This document shows positions 8,015 through 17,693 of a DNA stretch of 30,659 nucleotides, in pieces; the first letter of the stretch is position 1; the number at the start of each line of letters is the position of its first letter. This stretch comes from Thermoproteus sp. (GTDB lineage Archaea > Thermoproteota > Thermoprotei > Thermoproteales > Thermoproteaceae), in NCBI GenBank assembly GCA_049976425.1, contig JBMFIG010000018.1:1-30659 (forward strand), read 5' to 3'. Below the pieces are notes generated by a model. That model had not been told where the DNA came from. It did not search any database and saw only the letters and a program-made list of their open reading frames with translations. The position numbers and the translations under genes are program-made.

Positions 8015-9582
8015 TTATAGCTGAACAGCTCTACGTATAGCCTAGGCCGTATGGGGCCGTCGCTAGGCGGGTAGAGATCTCCCTTGACCGCTATGGGGCC
8101 TTCCAAGACCTCACGCGCCCGCCTAAGCTCCTCCAGAAAGCCTGGATCGATCTGCCCCAGCTCGGCCTTAGCTCTCGCGAGATCGTAGGCGGCTTCGTAG
8201 GTCGCCAGAGCAACGGATCTTCTATCCATGAGATCCGTCTCGTAGTTTAACATGAGGTACCAAGGCTTCTGTAGTAGAAGACCGGCGTGGTCCTCCAGAG
8301 TCTTGGCGAGGAGCCTATATCCGAACTTCTCCGGCATCTCGAAGGCCGGACTTCCGGGATCCACGAATGGGGCCAACGGCGCCACGAAGGCGTTGGCCCT
8401 CCCGGCGGTCGCTCTATATAACTCTATATAGAAACGCCCCAACGGCCTGCCCGGCCTCTGGCCGGGCAACCCTATCATGAAGTAGTAGTCTACTCTTTCG
8501 AAAATAGATGCCGATTTGGCGAATTTAAACAGCTGGCTGTTCGTGTAAGGCCTACCGAACCTCATCCTTGTATCCTCGTCGGGATCTTCAGGCGATATCT
8601 GTAGGAGCACCCTATCGCCCGCGCGTCTGTATACCTTCAACAGATCTTCAGCCGGAGGCGTGAAGAATTCGAAAATGAGCTCCACGTCAGCCTTCTCTCC
8701 GTGTAGTAGCCCGACCAGCTCCTCTACATAGCGCCTCCCCAATATCTGCAGATCGCCTACGAAGAACACCGGCGCTTTCAGCCTCTCGGCGACCTCCCTG
8801 AACTCCTCGAAGACCGCAAGCGGGCTCTTGACGCCGAGACATATCCTCCCGAGACGTCTGTACGCGTAGCTACTGCCGCCGCAGGTTATACAGTTGAACC
8901 TACACCCCTTATAGGAAATCACGGCGGCGATGGGGTTCTTGAGGAAGTCGGCCCAAGGCAACGCGGGAACTACGCCGCTCCTCGCAAAGACCTTTGCCAA
9001 CACGTCGTACTTAGGCCTATATCCGTCGAGTCTACACGGCGCGTATATCCCGTTTATCTTGGGGCTACGATCTCTGTACGCTAGGTTCGGCACGTCGGAG
9101 AGAGGTCTACGGCCGTACAGAGCTTGATAGAGCCCGTAGAGCGCCGGCTCTGCCGTATCGCCGAGTATTACGTAGTCCACCCAAGGATATCTCTCCAAGA
9201 TCTCTCGCCAGTAGTAGGTCGCCGAAAGTCCGCCGAGCACCACCGGCGCGTCGTGTATCCTCTTCACGATCTCCGCTATCTTCAACGCGCCGTGTGCATG
9301 GACTAGCCAATGTAGATCTATGGCGTACACCGCCGCCTTCAACGATTTAAGGAAGCGGACTACGTCGAACCGCTCGTCCAACAACATCAGCGCCGCGAGA
9401 TTGAATATGCCTACCCTCACGCCGCGCTCTTCTAGGTACGAGGCCAGCGATAGGAAGCCGGCCGGATACATGTCGAAGACCGGACGCGACGGCACCACGT
9501 CGCTGATAGGCGCGGCGATGGGATAGCCGAGTTTTCTAAAATCGTACACGCTCGGCGGATGTATCAAAGCCACATCGTACAC
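8008..9582 (-). CDS. B12-binding domain/radical SAM protein (Ta0216/TIGR04190-like)
   Basis: N-terminal LIHPPSVYDFR, DLHWLVHAHG, VVLGGLSATYY (cobalamin domain); CxxxCxxC motif CRFNCITC; PFVDPGS. Confidence 0.88.
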   Translation of the reverse strand: MYDVALIHPPSVYDFRKLGYPIAAPISDVVPSRPVFDMYPAGFLSLASYLEERGVRVGIFNLAALMLLDERFDVVRFLKSLKAAVYAIDLHWLVHAHGALKIAEIVKRIHDAPVVLGGLSATYYWREILERYPWVDYVILGDTAEPALYGLYQALYGRRPLSDVPNLAYRDRSPKINGIYAPCRLDGYRPKYDVLAKVFARSGVVPALPWADFLKNPIAAVISYKGCRFNCITCGGSSYAYRRLGRICLGVKSPLAVFEEFREVAERLKAPVFFVGDLQILGRRYVEELVGLLHGEKADVELIFEFFTPPAEDLLKVYRRAGDRVLLQISPEDPDEDTRMRFGRPYTNSQLFKFAKSASIFERVDYYFMIGLPGQRPGRPLGRFYIELYRATAGRANAFVAPLAPFVDPGSPAFEMPEKFGYRLLAKTLEDHAGLLLQKPWYLMLNYETDLMDRRSVALATYEAAYDLARAKAELGQIDPGFLEELRRAREVLEGPIAVKGDLYPPSDGPIRPRLYVELFSYNF

Positions 9583-9704
9583 GATAATAGCATGGCCGAT
9601 GTTATTTTACCCTAATTATATCGGTCCGAGAAATAGGGTCACCGCCCCGACGTTAGGGACAAACTTAAAATAACTTTAAATGGTAGGGCTATGCCGGGGA
9701 TTCC

Positions 9705-12635
9705 GTGAGCTACAATGCATTGAGAGTAGAGGAAGAGGTCCGAAAGTTCTGGGACTTGCGCGGGATTGAGGATAGGTGGAGGTCCTTCGACCCCAACGGC
9801 AAGAGGTTCACGTTCCTAGAGGGGCCGCCCACCACGAACGGCTTTCCCCACGTAGGGCATATAAGGGGGAGGACATACAAGGACGTAGTTCTGAGGTTCT
9901 GGAGATCTAGGGGCTACTCCGTCTGGGCCCAAGGCGGCTGGGACATGCAAGGCCTGCCGGTCGAGCTGGAGGTCGAGCAGAGACAGGGTCTCAAGAGCAA
10001 GAAGGATATAGAGAAGTTCGGGGTTGCTAAATTCGCCGAGGAGTGCAACAAGCTCGTCGACTACTATCTGGCCTTCTGGGAGGAGTGGGGCACGAGGCGG
10101 CTGGGGCTCTGGCTCGATCTGAAAAACGCCTACCAGACGAGGAGCCCGCGGTACATAGAATACGCCTGGAGGCTCATAAAGAGGGCGCACGAGCGCGGGC
10201 TACTCGCCGAGGATTATAAGGTCTTGTGGTTCTGTCCCCGTTGCGAGACCTCGCTGAGCGACCACGAGGTCGACCTCGGATACGCGGAGAGGGAGGACCC
10301 GTCTATTTACGTCAAGTTCAAGGTAGAGGGGAGGGAGGACGAATATCTGGTCATCTGGACCACGACGCCTTGGACCATAGTCGACAACGAGGCGGTCGCC
10401 GTCCATCCGGAGTACGACTACGCCAAGGTGGAGGTCTCCGTCGGGGGCAAGCGGGAGTATTGGTGGCTCGCCGAGAGGCTGGTGCCGCAACTTATGCAGA
10501 CGTTCGGCGTCAAGGAGTGGCGCGTGGTCGAGACCAAGAAAGGCGCCGAGCTCGCTGGCACCCGCTACCTACACCCGTTGGCCGACCTAGTCCCCGAGAG
10601 GGCGACGCGTCCGCACCAGGTATTCGCGGCGGAGTTCGTGACTCTGGAGCAGGGCACCGGGCTTGTCCACATAGCGCCCGGCCACGGACCCGAAGACTTC
10701 GAGCTGGCGCAGAGGTACGGCATAAGGATAACCAACAGCGTTGAGATAAACGGCGTGTACAACGAGCTCGGGGGGAAGTACGCAGGGATGTACGTGTTCG
10801 ACGTAGACAAGAAGGTCGTCGAGGATCTGAAAGAGCGCGGCTTGTTGGTCTACAAGACGTCTATCAAACACGAGTACCCGCACTGTTGGCGTTGCGGCAC
10901 CAAGCTAGTGTTGAGGGCGGACCGCCAGTGGTTCATCAAGATGTCGAAGATAAGGGAGGAGATGTACGAGGAGCTGAAGAAGGTCAAGATATATCCGGAG
11001 AAGTTGCGGTATCGATTCGACGACTTCGTGAAGAACGCCAGGGATTGGAACATAAGCAGGAGCAGGTTCTGGGGCACGCCGCTTCCCATATGGCGTTGCC
11101 AGAAAGACGGCAGGATCTTGGTGATCGGTAGCATAGACGAGCTCAAGTCGCTCGCCAAGAAGCTCCCGCCCGTAGACGACTTCTGGCTCGTGCACCGCCC
11201 TTGGATAGACCAAGTAGAGATATCGACGCCCGACTGCGATAGATGGGTCAGAGAGCCCTACGTGGCGGACGTGTGGATGGACTCGGGCATAGCCTGGATA
11301 GCCGCGGTGGACGGGGAGAGGAATAGGGACTTATGGGAGGCCCTCTACCCCTTCACTTGGGTGACCGAGGCCATAGACCAGACCCGCGGCTGGTTCTACT
11401 CGTTGCTGGCCACGTCAATGGTATACACAGGGAGGGCCCCGTACAAGTCGATATTGATAACGGGACATATACTCGATAAGGAGGGCCAGAAGATGTCCAA
11501 GAGCAAGGGCAACGTGGTGTGGGCCAAGGATCTCTTGAGCAAATACGGCGCCGATCCCACGAGGCTCTATCTCTTAACGAAGGCAGCTCCCTGGGAGGCT
11601 CTCAACTTCGACCCCGACGAGATAAAATACGCCGTCAGCCAGCTCAACATATTGTGGAACGTCGTCAAGTTCGCCGACACCTATATGTCCCTCGACGGGT
11701 TCGACCCGAGACGGCACAAGCTGGAGGAGCTTTTCGGCAAGGCGTTGGACGAGGATAGGTGGCTCCTGTCGGCCGCCTCCTCGTTGGCGCGGAGCGTGGC
11801 GGAGCACATGGAGGCTTTCGAGATACACGAGGCGGCCAAGGCTTGGGTGGACTTCGTCGTGGAGACGCTCAGCCACAGATACGTCAGACTCCTCAGGAGG
11901 AGGGTGTGGAGCGAGGAGCCCAGAGAGGACAAGTATGCGGCGTACGCCGTGTTGTTCAAGGTCTTGAAGGACGTGTTGATAATAGGCGGGATCTTCGTCC
12001 CCCACATAGCCGAATACCTCTGGCAGAACTTCGTGAGGAAGTACGAGCCGGATGCGGCCGAGTCCGTGCATCTGGCCCAGTACCCCGAGCCCGGGCCCGT
12101 CGACGAGGAGTTGTTGAAGGCCTTCGACGAGATATTCAAGGTGTTCTCCATAGCGGCTGAGGCCAGAAACAAGGCGGGCATAAAGCTGAGGTGGCCTGTG
12201 TCTAAGATCTTCGTCAAGGGCTCAACTAAGGCTATCAAGTACCCCGATCTTCTGGCCTATCTAGCCAACGCGAAGTCCGTCGAGGAAGGGGGCTGTCCCG
12301 AGGGCTGGATAGCCCACGAGGAGGAGGGCTTAGCTGTGTGCGTGCCCGGCAAGCTGGAGCCCGAGCTGTACTACGAGGCGTTAGCCAGAGAGCTGGTGAG
12401 GCGCATACAAGTGATGAGGAAGGAGGCCGGCCTCTCGGTCAGCGATTATATAGAGGTATATATCGACACGCCTCATGAGGACTTGAGAAAGGCAGTGGAG
12501 CTGAACGGTAACTACATAGCCAACGAGGTGAGGGCAGTCAAGCTGAGCCTCGGCGGGAGGCTCGAGGGCGCCTACAGCAAGGAGTGGGATATAGAGGACA
12601 TGAAAGCCAAAATATACCTCAGAAAAGCCGCCTAG
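9705..12635 (+). CDS. ileS: Isoleucyl-tRNA synthetase
   Basis: EGPP..NG.PHVGH (HIGH), GWDMQGLPVE, WTTTPWT, GTGLVHIAPGHG, DWNISRSRFWGTP, DQTRGWF, KMSKS. Confidence 0.98.
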   Translation: MSYNALRVEEEVRKFWDLRGIEDRWRSFDPNGKRFTFLEGPPTTNGFPHVGHIRGRTYKDVVLRFWRSRGYSVWAQGGWDMQGLPVELEVEQRQGLKSKKDIEKFGVAKFAEECNKLVDYYLAFWEEWGTRRLGLWLDLKNAYQTRSPRYIEYAWRLIKRAHERGLLAEDYKVLWFCPRCETSLSDHEVDLGYAEREDPSIYVKFKVEGREDEYLVIWTTTPWTIVDNEAVAVHPEYDYAKVEVSVGGKREYWWLAERLVPQLMQTFGVKEWRVVETKKGAELAGTRYLHPLADLVPERATRPHQVFAAEFVTLEQGTGLVHIAPGHGPEDFELAQRYGIRITNSVEINGVYNELGGKYAGMYVFDVDKKVVEDLKERGLLVYKTSIKHEYPHCWRCGTKLVLRADRQWFIKMSKIREEMYEELKKVKIYPEKLRYRFDDFVKNARDWNISRSRFWGTPLPIWRCQKDGRILVIGSIDELKSLAKKLPPVDDFWLVHRPWIDQVEISTPDCDRWVREPYVADVWMDSGIAWIAAVDGERNRDLWEALYPFTWVTEAIDQTRGWFYSLLATSMVYTGRAPYKSILITGHILDKEGQKMSKSKGNVVWAKDLLSKYGADPTRLYLLTKAAPWEALNFDPDEIKYAVSQLNILWNVVKFADTYMSLDGFDPRRHKLEELFGKALDEDRWLLSAASSLARSVAEHMEAFEIHEAAKAWVDFVVETLSHRYVRLLRRRVWSEEPREDKYAAYAVLFKVLKDVLIIGGIFVPHIAEYLWQNFVRKYEPDAAESVHLAQYPEPGPVDEELLKAFDEIFKVFSIAAEARNKAGIKLRWPVSKIFVKGSTKAIKYPDLLAYLANAKSVEEGGCPEGWIAHEEEGLAVCVPGKLEPELYYEALARELVRRIQVMRKEAGLSVSDYIEVYIDTPHEDLRKAVELNGNYIANEVRAVKLSLGGRLEGAYSKEWDIEDMKAKIYLRKAA

Positions 12636-12638
12636 CCT

Positions 12639-12995
12639 TTATTTGTAAAGCTTAAGGCGGCCCGTGACGGCGTCGACGAGCTCGTCGGGGCCAGGACCCA
12701 CGCAGAGCGCGGTGACCGTGCCCGGCGGTAGTTCCGTAAGACCCGCATCTCTGATAACCTCTGCGGGAAGGCCCAGCGACTGCGCTTTGCTCTCGAGCTC
12801 GAATATCTCCTCCTGGCTGTAGGCCGCAAGCACCACCTTTTTCTGGCCTTCGGCAAGCCAGTCCTCTGCCCATTTCCTCCATCTGCCCGAGTTGAGCGCC
12901 TTCAAGGTGCACTCCACGGCCGCGTGGCCGACCTGAGCTGCCGCCTTGCCGCAAGACATGGAGAGGTCCGCCCTGACCACTATGGTCATCTTCAT
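12639..12995 (-). CDS. pth2: Peptidyl-tRNA hydrolase Pth2
   Basis: [51 protein letters not shown]. Confidence 0.96.
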   Translation of the reverse strand: MKMTIVVRADLSMSCGKAAAQVGHAAVECTLKALNSGRWRKWAEDWLAEGQKKVVLAAYSQEEIFELESKAQSLGLPAEVIRDAGLTELPPGTVTALCVGPGPDELVDAVTGRLKLYK

Positions 12996-13432
12996 CAGGT
13001 CTGGCGGATCAGGGTCTTAACAAAGTTGTTGGCTCTGATCAGCACACGCCTCATCTCGTCGCGCGATAGCCTTTTCAGAGCCTCCGCGTATTCGAGCCAA
13101 GCGTAGTCGTCGTGCTCCCTAGACAGCTTGACGCTATCGCTGGAGGCCTTCGCCAAATACATGGTTATCTCCTTATATATGGTCCTGCCGCCTCTCGAGA
13201 ATCTTATAATTACGCGGTCCTCGAAACCGGGAATCAGCTCGACCTTCAACCGCGTCTCCTCGTATATCTCCCGCAGAGCGGCCACGGCCTCCGTCTCCTT
13301 CTCCTTTATAAGGCCGTGGGGGAAGTCCCAGCCAAATCTATTATGTAGCACTAGGTAGAGCGGCTTCTCCCGCATTAGGTACACTATAGCGCCGGCGGCC
13401 CTCTCGTTGAAACGCACAGAGTAGATCTCCAT
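12995..13432 (-). CDS. Nudix hydrolase, Ap4A hydrolase-like
   Basis: [49 protein letters not shown] spacing favours an alternative GTG start at 13417. Confidence 0.88.
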   Translation of the reverse strand: MEIYSVRFNERAAGAIVYLMREKPLYLVLHNRFGWDFPHGLIKEKETEAVAALREIYEETRLKVELIPGFEDRVIIRFSRGGRTIYKEITMYLAKASSDSVKLSREHDDYAWLEYAEALKRLSRDEMRRVLIRANNFVKTLIRQT

Positions 13433-13501
13433 TGATGTTTAAAAGTTGTATCGACCCCTGGGCTTTGAAGCGGATGGGCGAGGACGTCTAGAGCGCCGCG
13501 C

Positions 13502-13852
13502 CTATATGATCATTATTGCGTATATCACCATGGGCACTATAACTACCACCAGAGCCACCGTTAGCCAGTTTATGTACTTCATACCTCTCTCGGTCTCAGT
13601 CAAATCGGATAGGAAGCGGCGGAAGCCCAATATCCCGTGGGTGCTCCACGCGGCGGCTATAGTGGCCTCGAGGAACTTGAGCGTAGGGTTGACCTTGGCC
13701 ACGCCCTCGGGATATACCGTTATGGGGTTGGAGCTGAGCACCTCCGACAGCGGGACGTACATGGGCAACAACACGAGGAATACCACCCCTATCATTATTA
13801 CCACGTACAGCGCGAGCGACAGGAATATGAGCCTGATCGTGCCCTCGCTCAT
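13502..13852 (-). CDS. sdhD: Succinate dehydrogenase membrane anchor subunit
   Basis: Hydrophobic helices, HGILGFRRFLSD heme-ligand motif, last gene of the sdh operon with ATGA overlap. Confidence 0.8.
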   Translation of the reverse strand: MSEGTIRLIFLSLALYVVIMIGVVFLVLLPMYVPLSEVLSSNPITVYPEGVAKVNPTLKFLEATIAAAWSTHGILGFRRFLSDLTETERGMKYINWLTVALVVVIVPMVIYAIMII

Positions 13853-14322
13853 GGCCTAAACACAGCGCCGAAGGCTACCAGATAGGGCAGATATATCAAC
13901 GCCGCGACCGCCACCACTATCATGAGGATGTTGTAGACCAGATGGCTCCTAGATCTGCGCAGGCCGGGGACGTTCCTTATAGGGCTCCTCAGAGGCCAGC
14001 CCCTTATGATGCCGAACTCTATGAGCATTATCCTGAAGCCGTTCACCCCATGGAAGGCGAGGAACACCAGGAACAACGCCGCCAAGACCTTGCCCGGCAC
14101 CGTCATGTCGAAACTGGACACCGAGGCCGGGCTGACGAACGCGTCGAAGAGAACCCTGTAAAAGACCAGATAGAAGAACATATAGAGACCGCTGACCCGC
14201 TGTATGGTGAAGTACAGGCGTTCGTAGTTCAACAGCCTAAACCACTCCCCCACGCCTTTGCCGGCCTTCATATTCTCGACGCTGCCTTCTACATTTATAT
14301 ATGAGCTACGGCGGTTGCTCAT
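13849..14322 (-). CDS. sdhC: Succinate dehydrogenase cytochrome b subunit
   Basis: IQRVSG, FHGVNGFRIMLIEFG, transmembrane helices. Start moved to ATG 14322, which overlaps the sdhB stop (ATGA). Confidence 0.87.
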   Translation of the reverse strand: MSNRRSSYINVEGSVENMKAGKGVGEWFRLLNYERLYFTIQRVSGLYMFFYLVFYRVLFDAFVSPASVSSFDMTVPGKVLAALFLVFLAFHGVNGFRIMLIEFGIIRGWPLRSPIRNVPGLRRSRSHLVYNILMIVVAVAALIYLPYLVAFGAVFRP

Positions 14323-15032
14323 AGCCTCTTCGCCCGCCTCATCAAGGCCGCCTTGATCAACTGTATCGCGAATCCGGGATCCACGCCTCTCGGACACACC
14401 GCAGAGCACGTATAGGCCAGGTGGCACGACCAGACGCCCTCCTCCGTGTCGACTATCTTGGCGCGTATGGGCCAGCCCTGATCTCTACTGTCGGCGCTCC
14501 ATCTATACGCGGCCGCCAGCGCCATCGGGCCCAGGAACCTCGGGTTGGTCGCCACGACGGGACACGCCGCCATACAGAGGCCGCACTCTATGCAGTACGC
14601 GAAGTTGTAGTACTTATCCAGCTCCTCCGGCTTCTGCCCGATCTCCTTATCCGACTCGTAGATCTCCTTGAGATCGCGTATGATGTACGGCTTCACCTTC
14701 CTCAACTTCTCGAAGTTGGGCTCTGTATCGACTACCAAGTCCTTTATCACTCTGTGGTTCCACATCGGCTCTACGGTTATCACGTCGTCCTTTATCTCGG
14801 TGAGGAGGGTCTGGCAAGCGAGCCGCGGAACTCCGTTTATCACCATGCCGCAGGAGCCGCATATGGCCATGCGGCAAGAGTAGCGGACGGCCAGCGTCGG
14901 GTCCTGCTCCTCCTTGATCTTCAAGAGGACGTCCAGGACCGTGACTCTGCGCGACTCGACATCGACCTTGTATTCCTGCCACCAGCTCTTCTTGCCGTCG
15001 AAACGTTTTACTCTGACCGTCAGAGCTGGCAT
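14319..15032 (-). CDS. sdhB: Succinate dehydrogenase/fumarate reductase iron-sulfur subunit
   Basis: SCRMAICGSC..ING..RLAC, CIECGLCMAACP, CHLAYTCSAVCP. Confidence 0.97.
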   Translation of the reverse strand: MPALTVRVKRFDGKKSWWQEYKVDVESRRVTVLDVLLKIKEEQDPTLAVRYSCRMAICGSCGMVINGVPRLACQTLLTEIKDDVITVEPMWNHRVIKDLVVDTEPNFEKLRKVKPYIIRDLKEIYESDKEIGQKPEELDKYYNFAYCIECGLCMAACPVVATNPRFLGPMALAAAYRWSADSRDQGWPIRAKIVDTEEGVWSCHLAYTCSAVCPRGVDPGFAIQLIKAALMRRAKRL

Positions 15033-15035
15033 GGC

Positions 15036-16784
15036 CTAGTACTTTCTCTCCTCGAACTTAGTCCATCTAGTTATCCTCACCGGTATGTACGAGAGCTGTA
15101 GCTGGCCTCCGTTGAAGAACGCGAGTGTGTGTTTGAGCCAGTTCACGTCGTCGCGCTTGGGGTAGTCCAGCCTATAGTGGGCGCCTCTGGACTCTTGTCT
15201 AGCCAGCGCGCCGTATGCGATCGCCAGAGCTACGTCTATCATCCCGTCTAGTTCTAACGCGTCTTTGAGGTTCTGGTTATATACTCTACTCCCGTCCTCC
15301 ACCCTTATGTTGGCGAAGTCCTCCCTTATCTTCAGAAGCTTCGGAACGCCCTCCTTCATGACGGATTCTTGCCTAAACGGGCCGAAGTGTTGCTCCATGG
15401 TGTCCTGCAACCTCCCCTTGAGCTCGTAGAGCGAGACCCCGCCGGTCTCCTTATGTAGGAGCTTGTCGAATATCCTGGACTCCTCTCCCTGCGCGATCTT
15501 TATATACTTCTCATCGGCTGAAGGCCCCGGCGCCTCCATGGCGTATTTCGCGGCGGCTTCTCCTGTTAGTCTTCCCCATACGGAGCATTCGCTTAGGGCG
15601 TTGGAGCCGAGCCTATTGGCGCCATGGACGTTCACAGCCGCGGCCTCGCCAGCAGCCCACAGACCTCTAACCCAAGAACCATCAGGAGCAAGAACACGGC
15701 CGTACGTATCAGTATGGATCCCGCCCATAGTGTAGTGGACGGCTGGCCTGACGGGGATAGGCTCCTCCAATGGGTCTATGCCCACGTATTTATGGGCCAG
15801 CTCTCTTATGAACGGTATCTTCTGGTTCAAGACGTCCTCGCCCAGATGCCGCAGATCCAGCCCGACGTACCCCATGCCGCTCTCCTCGTGGACGAACCCC
15901 CTGCCTTCGGCTATCTCGGTCAGGATGGCCCTCGACACTATGTCGCGGGGCGCCAGCTCCATCCTCTGGGGGGCGTAGCGTTTCATGAAACGCTCCCCCT
16001 CCTTGTTTATCAGATAGCCGCCCTCGCCTCTGGCGGCCTCGCTGACCAGTATGCCGCTCGGCACAAGCGCCGTCGGGTGCCACTGCACGAACTCCATATC
16101 CTTGAGGGCAAGCCCAGCCCTGAGGGCGTATCCCAACATCTCGCCCGTGGTGGAGTGCGCAGTTGTCGTGAATCTGTAAAGCCTGCCCGCTCCGCCGGTA
16201 GCTATTATGGCGGCCTTCGCCAGAAAGAGCTTCAGCTCGCCTGTCTTGAGATCTATGGCGGTGACGCCTTTGAACTCACCATTTTCTATTATTAATTTAG
16301 TTACAAAATATTCATGATATTGCTTTATATTATCAAATCTTAATATATTCTGATATAAGGTAGACATAATAAAGAAGCCGGTCTTATCGGCGGCGAATGT
16401 GGTCCTCGGCACCGACATGCCGCCAAAGGGCCTCTGATACATCCTGCCGTCTGGCAACCTGCTCCACGGCACGCCTATCCTCTCCAAGAACCTGATCTCC
16501 GCCGGCGCTAGCTGGACCAGCAACTCTACCGCGTCTTGATCAGCCAGATAGTCGGAGCCCTTTACCGTGTCGTAGGCGTGGAGATCCAAACTGTCGTTGT
16601 TCTTGTCGGGATAAAGCACGGCCGACATGCCGCCCTCGGCAGAGACGGAGTGAGACCGCATGACCTGCACTTTGCTCAGTATCGCGATGTCCAGCTTGTT
16701 GGAGACGTAGGCGGCCTGCAAAGCGGCCCTCAAGCCGGCGATGCCCGAACCGATTATCAACAAATCGTGCTTTAAAATCTCCAT
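15036..16784 (-). CDS. sdhA: Succinate dehydrogenase/fumarate reductase flavoprotein subunit
   Basis: [20 protein letters not shown] (covalent FAD His), [35 protein letters not shown]. Confidence 0.98.
   Translation of the reverse strand: MEILKHDLLIIGSGIAGLRAALQAAYVSNKLDIAILSKVQVMRSHSVSAEGGMSAVLYPDKNNDSLDLHAYDTVKGSDYLADQDAVELLVQLAPAEIRFLERIGVPWSRLPDGRMYQRPFGGMSVPRTTFAADKTGFFIMSTLYQNILRFDNIKQYHEYFVTKLIIENGEFKGVTAIDLKTGELKLFLAKAAIIATGGAGRLYRFTTTAHSTTGEMLGYALRAGLALKDMEFVQWHPTALVPSGILVSEAARGEGGYLINKEGERFMKRYAPQRMELAPRDIVSRAILTEIAEGRGFVHEESGMGYVGLDLRHLGEDVLNQKIPFIRELAHKYVGIDPLEEPIPVRPAVHYTMGGIHTDTYGRVLAPDGSWVRGLWAAGEAAAVNVHGANRLGSNALSECSVWGRLTGEAAAKYAMEAPGPSADEKYIKIAQGEESRIFDKLLHKETGGVSLYELKGRLQDTMEQHFGPFRQESVMKEGVPKLLKIREDFANIRVEDGSRVYNQNLKDALELDGMIDVALAIAYGALARQESRGAHYRLDYPKRDDVNWLKHTLAFFNGGQLQLSYIPVRITRWTKFEERKY
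16278..16373. other. Intragenic AT-rich island in sdhA
   Basis: Hand count ~17% GC over 16281-16370; 28 of 32 codons end in A/T and the reading frame is intact. Confidence 0.85.
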
Positions 16785-16802
16785 GGCTCATCCTTCACGG
16801 AC

Positions 16803-16822
16803 TATATATATAATTATTTTAA
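16803..16822. promoter_or_regulatory. TATA-rich promoter of the sdh operon, possibly bidirectional
   Basis: TATATATATAATTATTTTAA 19-38 nt upstream of the sdhA ATG. Confidence 0.6.
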
Positions 16823-16988
16823 GGCGGAAGCCGTGCTGGACTGCGCCCGTCGTTAATACACCAGATCGCGAGCCTTACACCATAAGCCCGGAGCGCCAGC
16901 TAGAGAGGCCGTAGATTCCCGAGAGACGCCGGGTCACGCCTCGCGGGCATTGCTCTGTAATTTTTTAAAGAAATATCAAGATGAGTCC

Positions 16989-17606
16989 GTGAATTCGGGA
17001 TACCTAGTGGTCTCTGTGAGCGATAGAGGCGGGACCGATGCTTGCGAAGGGCAGAAGATCGCGCGATGTTGCGTGGGCAACATATGCGTTGATGCGCCGG
17101 TAGATGCCGACGTGAAGTCTGGCAGGTACGCCCTCTCAGAGGCCGTGGAGAACCCGTCCCTACGCTTCTGCGTAGAGGCTATCAGGGCGAGGGCGCTGAC
17201 GGCCGCCAAGTCCGCCTTCTCGTGCCATCCCCACGAGAGCGAGAGATGCGTCAACAGATTCGCCGAATATATAGCTCTGCTCTATGGCGGGCCTGTGCTT
17301 CTGGTGGGCTACAGCGAGCGCGTCGTCGACGTGCTGGGCTCGATAACGCCGGAGCTATACGTCTACGACCCGGTAAGAGTTGCCACGAAGCCCGTGGATC
17401 TCGTCGACGATAATAGCCTACCCAAGGTACTGACTAAGATAGGGGTTGTGGTGATAGCGCCAGGCGCCGCGAGCTCAGTCGACGTGAAGTCGCTGGTTGA
17501 GATGGCCAAACGTGCGGGCAAGCCCGTCGTGGCGTATGGAGTCAGCTTCGCAGGTCTGGCGCGGCAACTCGGCATCCTCCACTTCTGCCCCTACGGGAGG
17601 AAATAA
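16989..17606 (+). CDS. Hypothetical protein, Rossmann-like (DUF364-like)
   Basis: VLLVGY...ELYVYD...VVVIAPG...KPVVAYGVS beta-alpha pattern. GTG 16989 preferred because it lies about 20 nt after TTTTTTAAA. Confidence 0.6.
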   Translation: MNSGYLVVSVSDRGGTDACEGQKIARCCVGNICVDAPVDADVKSGRYALSEAVENPSLRFCVEAIRARALTAAKSAFSCHPHESERCVNRFAEYIALLYGGPVLLVGYSERVVDVLGSITPELYVYDPVRVATKPVDLVDDNSLPKVLTKIGVVVIAPGAASSVDVKSLVEMAKRAGKPVVAYGVSFAGLARQLGILHFCPYGRK

Positions 17607-17618
17607 CCGGACTGAGGG

Positions 17619-17671
17619 GGTCAGCTCTGGTATTTCTCGTCAGAGATCCGCAATACCAGCCCACATCACCG
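17619..17671 (-). ncRNA. Box C/D guide sRNA
   Basis: Minus strand: C GTGATGT (17669-17663), 12-nt guide GGGCTGGTATTG, D' CGGA, TCT, C' CTGACGA, 12-nt guide GAAATACCAGAG, D CTGA (17624-17621). Confidence 0.78.
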
Positions 17672-17693
17672 TCTAGACCTAGACGTGTTTTTA

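Noticed and set aside
9816-12238. Many overlapping ORFs within ileS (similar ones occur in aspS, thiDN, sdhA, PCNA and fixC)
   Set aside because: Antisense or alternate-frame shadows expected in GC-rich DNA; Arg/Gly/Pro-rich with no motifs.
16823-16950. RNase P RNA, 5S rRNA or SRP RNA
   Set aside because: GGCTTA occurs on the minus strand, but the ACAGAA and 5' P4 motifs are absent. No 5S TCGAACCC motif, and too short for SRP RNA. Kept only as an unassigned candidate.
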